Of a stretch of DNA of 64,000 nt, positions 56,041 through 64,000 are shown one piece after another. The position numbers and the translations under genes were made by a program. The notes beneath the pieces were generated by a model. It saw nothing but the letters and a program-made list of their open reading frames with translations. It was not told the origin of the DNA and made no database searches. Source of the DNA: Eledone cirrhosa (taxonomy: Eukaryota); contig OZ024741.1 in assembly GCA_964016885.1 (NCBI GenBank), positions 266,848,001 through 266,912,000 on the forward strand, read 5' to 3'. Position 1 is the first letter of the stretch, and each line of letters starts with the position of its first letter.

Positions 56041-56911
56041 TTGGCATTAGGAAGGGCATCCATCTGTAGAAATCTAGCCCAAAACAGTTCTGTATGAGCA
56101 AGATACAGTCACCTGACCCAACTTGCCTCTGATGGGACAACCCGTCTAATCCATGCTAGCGTTGAAAGTGGACATTAAACGACTACGATGATAGTGTAAA
56201 GTGGTGGTAGGAAGGGCATCGAGCCATAGTAAACTTGCCAAACAAAAGGCCAAGAGGACTCTTCAGTTTTGTCAAAACCTCCTTAGTGCTGATGCTACAA
56301 AAAATACACTTATCCAAACCTTGCTAGCTGGGAAAACAGACATTTATTATCAACATTAAATCTCCATTTTCTCATTTAACGTTGATGATACAATATACAT
56401 GATACAAAGCTGTATATTTTAAAGTATTTAAATTTATCTATAAAAACCTTCCATCATAATTTTATGTTGGAACCTTTATTAAGTTATGTTCCAAATGCCA
56501 GTTAAACAATGTTATATTTCTAAATCTCTTTACATTCTTGATTATTTTCAAAATTATTTGAAAATCAGAGGTTTTTAAAATTTTTTTATAAGAAATATTG
56601 TAACATGAGGGGTTAAAGTGTTTCTACCTTCCCTCATAATTTTATGTAAGAACCTTTATTATGTTCTAAACACCAACTTCTTAATTAGAAAGTTAGTCAT
56701 ATTACTAAACCCCTCCAAACATTCTATATTTAAAAAATAATTTGAAAATCATAGGCAGTGTCTTTCATTATATTTATGGTAATTCTCAATTTTTAACTGC
56801 TTTAAGTATACAGTTGTTAAACTTATAAAATATATAGTTTCTATGACTCATTGTCTCTTGTATACACATTATGGTATTGAAAGGGTTACTTTGTATTTCT
56901 TTCAAAAATAG

Positions 56912-56998
56912 GATTTTCTACGAAAAGAGTTCAGTGAAGAAAATATCCACTTTTGGTTAGCAGTTGATGATTTTAAGAGGTCACTTGATGTAAATAAG
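56912..56998 (+). CDS. RGS12: RGS12/loco-like, coding exon 5 (RGS domain; not in ORF track). The gene continues beyond the window.
   Basis: AG at 56910-56911 and GTCAGT donor at 56999; 29 codons DFLRKEFSEENIHFWLAVDDFKRSLDVNK contain the RGS signature FL.KEFS.EN..FW. Confidence 0.93.
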
Positions 56999-57359
56999 GT
57001 CAGTATAGCTTCATCCTTAAATTATTATGTATAGAGATGTCTGTTTTAACACACACACACACACTATAAAAGAGACCAAAGCCTGTCCCAATCCTGCCAG
57101 CCTGGTGTCTCACCAGGCCTGTGCTTCCACTAAGTTCCTTGGATTTAAGTGACTGAGAGTACAAGACTCAACCCTGGACAGGACCAGGTTAAACCTTCCA
57201 ACTGTTGCTGCTGGTACTCATTTTCATCTGAGTATACTGAAGAATCATGAAATGAAGTGTTTTTCTCAATAATACAACATTAGTCCAGGAATCGAACTCA
57301 CAACATTATGATCATAAATCCAATACCCTAACTACTAGGCCACACCTTCACTATGGGGT

Positions 57360-57948
57360 CGGTCGTACAGAGGTCAGCGGCCGAATGAGGGAGTGGGATG
57401 GCGCTAGCTGTCAGTCCATTCTCTGCCTGTTTGTTAAATGTTACTGTGTGTGTGTGTGCGTGTGTTGTTGTCTCGCTTGAGTGTGTGTGTGCGTGTGTTA
57501 TTGCCTTGTTCCTCTGTATTGGCAGTGTAGTATGTTCGTATGGTGGAATGCTACTGCGTGTGTTGTGTGTTGTTGCATCGCTTGTTAACTTAAACCAGCC
57601 ATCTCATTTCGCTTCTCTCTGATCGGTTGTTTATTTGCGGTTGCAGGCGTTTGATAAAAAGCGCTTCCTTGATACGTAACGTGCCGACGTTTCTTTCAGT
57701 CGCTAGAATTGTGACAATGGGCCTTCCGTCTTTGTTTCCGCATTTGTCTATGTGTTTCCGGAAAGACGAGGCCCTGGTTTTAGTGTGTTCCTTGATCCGG
57801 ATGTGCAAAGGTCGAATTGTGCTACCTATGTAGTATTGGTTGCACCTGTCACATTCTATCTTATACATGACGTATGTGCGTAGGCCTACGCACATACGTC
57901 GTGTATAAGATAGAATGTGACAGGTGCAACCAATACTACATAGGTAGC
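57360..57948 (-). mobile_element. 5'-truncated Penelope-like retroelement: C-terminal GIY-YIG endonuclease (57590-57884), 3' UTR and terminal palindrome
   Basis: YVMYKIECDRCNQYYIGSTIRPLHIRIKEH...H...LRIKEALFIKRLQPQIN shows the GIY-YIG motifs with CxxC between them plus the catalytic R, E and N, as in Penelope-type endonucleases. The left boundary is approximate. Confidence 0.85.
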
Positions 57949-58186
57949 TCATTTACAGTGTGGGACTGAGAGATTTTTACTGTGTTACCTACACGGCCAC
58001 ATTACAGCGTGGACTGTGTGTTTTTTTTGTCGTGACACCTACACGACCTCATTTGTTTCGGCCTGGATGTTGTGGCACCAACATAACTTTACATTGAAAG
58101 GGGTGGTGTGGATGGGGTTGGGGTGGTGGTACGGGGGTGTATTTTGTTAGAGGTGCCTACTGACTGTAGTAGGTTTTATTTAGTAT

Positions 58187-59358
58187 TTAGGTAAGGCAGG
58201 TCTTCTCTATTACTGAGTACTGCCAAAGGTCTCGGTCCAGTGACATTGTCTTGGAGAGGTGTAAGTGTGTGAGGTCGGAATTTATCAAGTCGTCCCAGGT
58301 TTTTCTGGGTCTGCCTACTCCGTGGCTACCGTCTACCTTTATTGCCCTGCACTTTTTTATACAGCTGTCGTCTTTCATGCGCATCACGTGACCATACCAA
58401 CGTAGCCTTCTCTCGAGTACACAACATATGATCCCTCATATTTCTAATTTTTCCCTTAGTTCGTTAAAGCTTTGCCGTTCACGTATATTACTATTACACA
58501 TCCAGTGGAGCATGCAAGCTTCGTTCCTCTCTAGTTTGCGTATATCCTCTGCACACAATGCCCAGGTCTCACTGCCATGCAACATTGCTGTTTGTATGCA
58601 GGCATCATACAACCTGCCTTTCATTTTTAGGGAGAACTCTTTAGCGGCTAATAGTGGTATAAGCTCTCTGAACTTTTTCCATCCAGTTCTGACTCTAGCT
58701 ACTGTACTTTCAGAGCACCCTCCCCCACTGCTGATTTTGTCACACAGGTAACAGAAGCTGTCCACTATTTCTATAGAACCCTCTGCGCAATTGAAAAAGC
58801 TAGTATTTTGTGAGCACTTGCTGCTACTTATTGCACCAGAGCACCGGCCACATGTAAAATCTATGTTCTTAGTTAGCTTACCTGTGATCCCACTACATCT
58901 GTTATGCACCCATACTTTGCATTTGGGACATAAAATGGAGTTTCTACCTACGCCTTTCCTACACACTGAGCATGGCCATTTCCCGGAAGGGACCAGCCGC
59001 TCTTGAACTCCACTGTTATAGCCTGAAGGGCAATAATAAATAATAGGGGGCTAAGAACAGAGCCCTGATGAACACCAACTTTTAAGCTAAACTCTTCACT
59101 ATATTCGTTGTTAATTCTAACCTTGCTGACTGTTTCTTTATACATGGCTTGTATAGCTCTCACAAGCCATTCGTCAACACCTAGTTTTCTAAGAGCCCAC
59201 CAGATAATGGAACGGGGGACTCTGTCGAAGGCTTTCTCCAAATCGACAAAAGCTAAGTATAGGGGTTTACTTTTAGCTAGGTACTTCTCCTGTAGTTGTC
59301 GTACAATGAAAAGAGCGTCTGTGGTACTTTTGCCTGACACAAACCCGAACTGCATTTC

Positions 59359-59359
<1 letters not shown>
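58187..59359 (-). mobile_element. RTE-clade LINE pseudogene, 5'-truncated, with the RT active site deleted
   Basis: [42 protein letters not shown], then a jump from EFKSG to PSGKWPC that removes YADD. Followed by a Cys/His finger, LHGSETW and GRPRKTW. Confidence 0.92.
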
Positions 59360-59419
<60 letters not shown>

Positions 59420-59434
59420 TATATTTATATATAT

Positions 59435-59528
<94 letters not shown>

Positions 59529-59972
59529 GCATATATATACACACACACACATATATATATACACACACATATATATATATACATAGGTGGCAAATTGGTA
59601 GAGCTGTTAGAACATCAGATAGAATGCTTTATGATAGTTATTCCGGCTCTCTGAATTCAAAGCCTGCCGAGGTCAACTTTGTCTTTCTAGGTCGATAAAA
59701 AAAATACCAACTGGGGTCGGTTCTTCCTCTATATCTCTTTCTCACTTCTTCTTTTTCACTGTCTATCTTTGTCTGGAAGAAATCTGCTGTACTCAGGCCA
59801 GGGGAGGTTATGAGCTCCGCCAGATTTAAAATGCCTAAGAAATGCTTTATGATAATACGCTGCCCCTACAACTCTTTCAGGAGTTACAGGACTATACATA
59901 TATATGTATATATATGACTATATATATATATGTGTGTGTGTATATATATATATATGTGTGTGTATATATATA

Positions 59973-60015
<43 letters not shown>

Positions 60016-60276
60016 ATATATATATGTGTGTGTGTGTATATATATATGTGTGTGTGTATATATATATATGTGTGTGTGTATATATATATATGTGTGTGTA
60101 TATATATATGTGTGTGTGTATATATATATGTGTGTGTGTATATATATGTGTGTGTATATATATATATGTGTGTGTATATATATATGTGTGTATATATATA
60201 TATATGTGTGTGTGTATATATATGTGTGTGTATATATATATGTGTGTGTATATATATATGTGTGTGTATATATATA

Positions 60277-60338
<62 letters not shown>

Positions 60339-60339
60339 G
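59360..60339. repeat. Two compound microsatellites, (TA/CA)n at 59360-59585 and (TA/TG)n at 59895-60339, around a SINE remnant
   Basis: Read directly from the sequence. A family A SINE remnant lies at about 59585-59720. Confidence 0.95.
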
Positions 60340-63122
60340 ACTGATGAATGTGGAGAACGAATGGGAGAGAGAGAAATTACCCTCAGTAGATCCGACAGAG
60401 GGACCAGCTATTGAGATTGACGAATAAAGGGGCCAAGAGGCGATTAAGGAAATGAAAAATGGTAAGGCTGCTGGACCATCGGGAATAGTTGCTGAGATGC
60501 TGAAGGCATCAGGGGATGTAGGCACTAAACTGGTTGCACGCATCATCAATCAGGCTATATATGGCGGTGTCATACCCAAAGTCTGGTGCAGCAGTATTCT
60601 CATAAATTGCTACAAAGGTAAAGGGGATGCTCTGGAGAGGAGCAATTATAGGGGTATAAAACTGATGGATCAGGTTATGAAAGTGGCAGAAAGGATATTA
60701 GTGCAGTGACCTACATTCCGCAGGCTCACATACATTCTCTGTGTGTGATTTGGCTCTGCTCAGCCAATCAGCGCCAGTAGAAGAGAATGTATCTCTACGC
60801 GCCCTGAAGGAAAAATTCCTGCGTTGATTTGAAGAATCAGCCTCTCGCATCCTGACTGAAAAGGTAAACAACTAACTTTCTTTCGCCGTGAAATCACTAG
60901 CCAACATGTAACACAACAACTTAACCATGGCCTGGCAACACTTCAGCCAGTGGACCGTGCCTTCTGAAATCCTTAATTCGCTTGTTTTATTACTCTTGGC
61001 ATGCCTGCTCTACACAGCTCAACCTTATTAATAAATAATGTAAAACAAGACAAAGTCGTTGTCGATGTTCTTACCACATCTTTCTACAGAACTGGTTACT
61101 CGTGGCGCTACTATCAATAACACAAAATATTCGTACAATAATTTGGTGGCTCTTCGAGCCATGTAAATACAAGTATCACAGAATAAGATTATAATATAAT
61201 TTGTATAGCATCCGAAAGATACAACATGAATAAACAGAAATGGTGCGTGTGAAGATGCAAACGGTGTGAACTTACTATGAATGCGTATCAGTATATTTGC
61301 TTGTTTTAGTAGTAGGAGTCAGCAATCAGCCAGGCAGGTGAGAATAAGTGACAGACTGGTATTTCGTTACGAGAGCTTGTAAATGCAACTTGTCTTGTCT
61401 GTATATCACTTCTTTTCTCCCGGGGCGTAAACAACCCCTGTATTTATAAGGGTTGAAGATAGAAGGATAGATATATCCTCTGAACTTCGGTTAGTCTCCC
61501 CCAAGGGATTAGTTTGCCAAGCGTAAACAAGTCAGAAAGATGGATATATCCTCTGACCTATTTTCTGTCAGGTGTAAACACCTCTGACCTGTGTTTAGTC
61601 TCTCCCAAGGGGTTAGTCTCTTGAGTGTAAGCAACTTACCACGGCTTGTCCCAGAGGCGGGAAAGCTCAGATTCGGTTTTGAATCTTCGCCGCCGTTATA
61701 TTAGCACAACTAATTAGAGAAGGGGTAACTAGATGAGATGCAGTTTGGTTTTGTGCCTGGGAAGAGTACAACAAATGCCCTCTTCTTGGTGAGATAATTG
61801 CAAGAGAGGTTCTTAGAGAAAAATAAGCCACTATACTTAACCTTTGTTGACCTAGAGAAGGCCTTTGATAGGGTACCCCGATCTGTCATCTGGTGGTCCC
61901 TAAGGAAACTAGGTGTTGAGGGATGGCTTGTGAGGACAGTGCAAACTTTGTACAGAGGTACTGTCAGTAAAGTGAGGGTAGGAATGGATTTTAGTGAGGA
62001 ATTCCAGATACAAGTAGGAGTACATTAAGGTTCGGTCCTCAGCCCGCTCTTGTTCATTATAGTCCTCCAAGCCATAACAGAGGAGTTTAAGACTGACTGT
62101 CCATGGGAACTTCTCTATGCTGACGATTTGGTTCTTATAGCAGAATCAGTAGAGGAGTTACAGAATAAATTCTGGCTATGGAAACAGCAATTGGAAGCAA
62201 GAGGACTGAGAGTGAACCGAGCTAAGACAAAAGTGTTGATGAGTAGAAAAGAGGACAAAACTCTGATTCCGTCAGGGAAATGGCCATGTTCGATATGCAG
62301 AAAAGGAACTGGCATAAATTCTATAGAATGCACACAATGCAGATCCTGGGTACACAAGAGATGTAGCGGGATAGCAGGCAAACTAACAGGTAGGGAGAAA
62401 TATGTATGCAGTAGATGTACAGGGAAATTAGACAGTAGAAGTCGCATTGATAGATACATTTTTCAAATGCAGGCGGGTGCTATAGAAGTGGTGGATAGCT
62501 TCCGGTACCTAGGAGATCAGATTAGCATGGGAGGGGGGGGGGGGGTCCGAGGCTATAGTATCTAGAATAAGGATGGGTTGGAAGAAGTTTAAGGTGCTGC
62601 TTCCTCTGCTGACAAAGAAGGGTTTCTCCCTGCGTACGAAAGGCCGGTTATATGATGCCTGTGTGAGGAGCGCGATACTGTATGGTAGTGAGACATGGGC
62701 AGCAACTGCAGAGGATATGCAACGGCTGGAGAGAAATGAGGCAAGCATGCTCCGTTGGATGTGCAATGTAAATGTGCGTGAACGACCCAGCATGAATGTA
62801 TTGAGAGAGAAACTGTGTCTGAGACGGATAGAATGTAGTGTACGGGAGAGGAGACTGAGGTGGTATGGACATGTGATGCGCATGGAGGATGACCGATGGG
62901 TGAAGAAGTGCCAGGAAATGCCAGTTGAAGGAAGACATGGTAGAGGTAGACCACGAAAAACATGGGCGGAGGTGGTGAGAACAGACCTCAGATCATTGAA
63001 GCTCATGGTGGAGATGACGAAGGACCGTGACAAGTGGAGAGATGCTGTGCTGAATAAGACCCGTCTCACCCTTGCAAGCAGGGAAGAGCGGACGTAAAAT
63101 GATTATGATTATGATGATGATG
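60340..63122 (+). mobile_element. RTE-clade LINE (family A), 5'-truncated, with stops and frameshifts, interrupted by a solo LTR
   Basis: [48 protein letters not shown], a Cys/His finger, LYGSETW, RLRWYGHVMR, GRGRPRKTW, and a (TGA)n-like tail. Confidence 0.95.
60702..61700 (-). mobile_element. Probable solo LTR (999 bp, 4-bp TSD, Gypsy-like)
   Basis: Termini TGCAGTGAC...GCCGTTATA form a degenerate TG..CA inverted repeat, and TTAG is duplicated on both sides. Removing it restores the LINE frame ERILAQLIRE. Minus-strand TATAAATA at 61441-61448 and AATAAA at about 60986-60991; short direct repeats at 61470-61620. Confidence 0.7.
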
Positions 63123-63134
63123 ATATTTATATAT

Positions 63135-63400
63135 ATATGTAAAAGGTAAACAAATAACAACACAATCGGTACAGTATATGGGAGGAATATATTAGGTTAA
63201 CGCTTGATATAGCAGGAATAGGGTCTTAACGTTTCAGACACTAGTCCTTCATCAGAAGAAAGAATGAGAAATAAGATAGATTGAGGGGACGGGCGGGATG
63301 GAATTGGAAAAAATGTCTCTAGATAAAAATAACAGGTCGATTCATGTTGACATCTCTTGCAAAATTGTTAGTGGTGGCGTTTTGTGTAAGATTTGTTTTT
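63135..63400 (-). mobile_element. Second copy of the hammerhead-bearing Penelope-like fragment (motif at 63225-63258)
   Basis: Aligns with 2045-2330. Minus strand: CTT-CTGATGA-A-GGAC(TAGT)GTCT-GAAA-CG-TT-AAG. Confidence 0.65.
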
Positions 63401-63587
63401 TAGAAATATACACACACTGTAGTATAAGTTTGGTAGAAATATCCAAGGGTAAGAGCACTCACTGCTTAGGACGAGCTAAGTATAATTAATTACTTAAGTT
63501 CTGGTATATGTCACTGTTGTAATTAATTATATGTATATATATAATGTATTTTATTATTTCTGTTTCCCTTTTGCATATGTGTGTGTG

Positions 63588-63644
<57 letters not shown>

Positions 63645-63669
63645 AAGTGCTTTTGACAAATGTAAGAAT

Positions 63670-63840
63670 GAGTACTCAACACTGAAGTAGAGTTTAACGA
63701 TATTCTTTATTATGGCTAAGTGATGAGTTTCATCTGTCTACTCACAGGATCATCACACAATACAGTTTGATGATCTTGTGAGTTCAACAGGGAAAACTCC
63801 AGAGTAACAAAACTCATCACTTAGCAATGATAAAAATATT
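63670..63840. mobile_element. Decayed inverted pair of the 5580-5700 repeat family
   Basis: 63681-63757 matches 5591-5679 in the same orientation with a small deletion. 63765-63840 is the opposite orientation. Confidence 0.55.
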
Positions 63841-63849
63841 AGAATAGGT

Positions 63850-64000
63850 TAGAATGTTTCAGGAAAGAATTGCTGAACAAAACCAACTGGCAGGAGACCC
63901 CGCTGTACACCCCTAAGCAAGATGGTTGGATAACATCCATGAGCTTCGCTGGTCACGCTTGGTTATCCAGCCAGATCAGTTGGAGACGGTTGCTTCTGAC
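63850..64000 (+). mobile_element. RTE-like LINE 3' fragment, cut by the window end
   Basis: The frameshifted translation KPTGRRPR...ARWLDNIHEL...LETVASD resembles an RTE C-terminus. Confidence 0.5.

Noticed and set aside
57885-57952. N-terminal part of the 120-aa ORF 57590-57952
   Set aside because: It is the antisense read of the folded-back arm, not genuine protein sequence.
59277-60549. Long ORFs rich in YI/CV/HT (also at 1007-2080, 6108-6362 and 14814-15820)
   Set aside because: These are translations of (TA)n/(TG)n micro- and minisatellites that lack stop codons.

Overview
AT-rich, microsatellite-laden eukaryotic genomic DNA. The repeat families and composition look cephalopod (Octopus-like); this is an inference. 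The only host gene I can support is the 5' part of an RGS12/loco-type regulator of G-protein signalling on the + strand. It has five phase-0 coding exons at 43256-56998 encoding PDZ, PTB and the start of the RGS box (about 895 codons), and it continues past the window end. Two of the exons are missing from the ORF track. About 0.9 kb upstream of the ATG exon is a ~23.8 kb array of a 46-bp satellite with higher-order structure. The rest is mobile-element debris: tRNA-derived SINEs, RTE-type LINEs (one split by a ~1 kb solo LTR), Tc1/mariner-, pogo- and piggyBac-like MITEs, a Penelope-type GIY-YIG fragment, and minisatellites grown out of SINE parts. The most interesting pattern is recurrent short insertions, mostly docked on (TA)n tracts, that carry minimal hammerhead-ribozyme motifs of several families. 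Many of these end in near-perfect fold-back palindromes, and one palindrome sits exactly on the truncation point of the GIY-YIG ORF. All calls were made by eye with no database searches.
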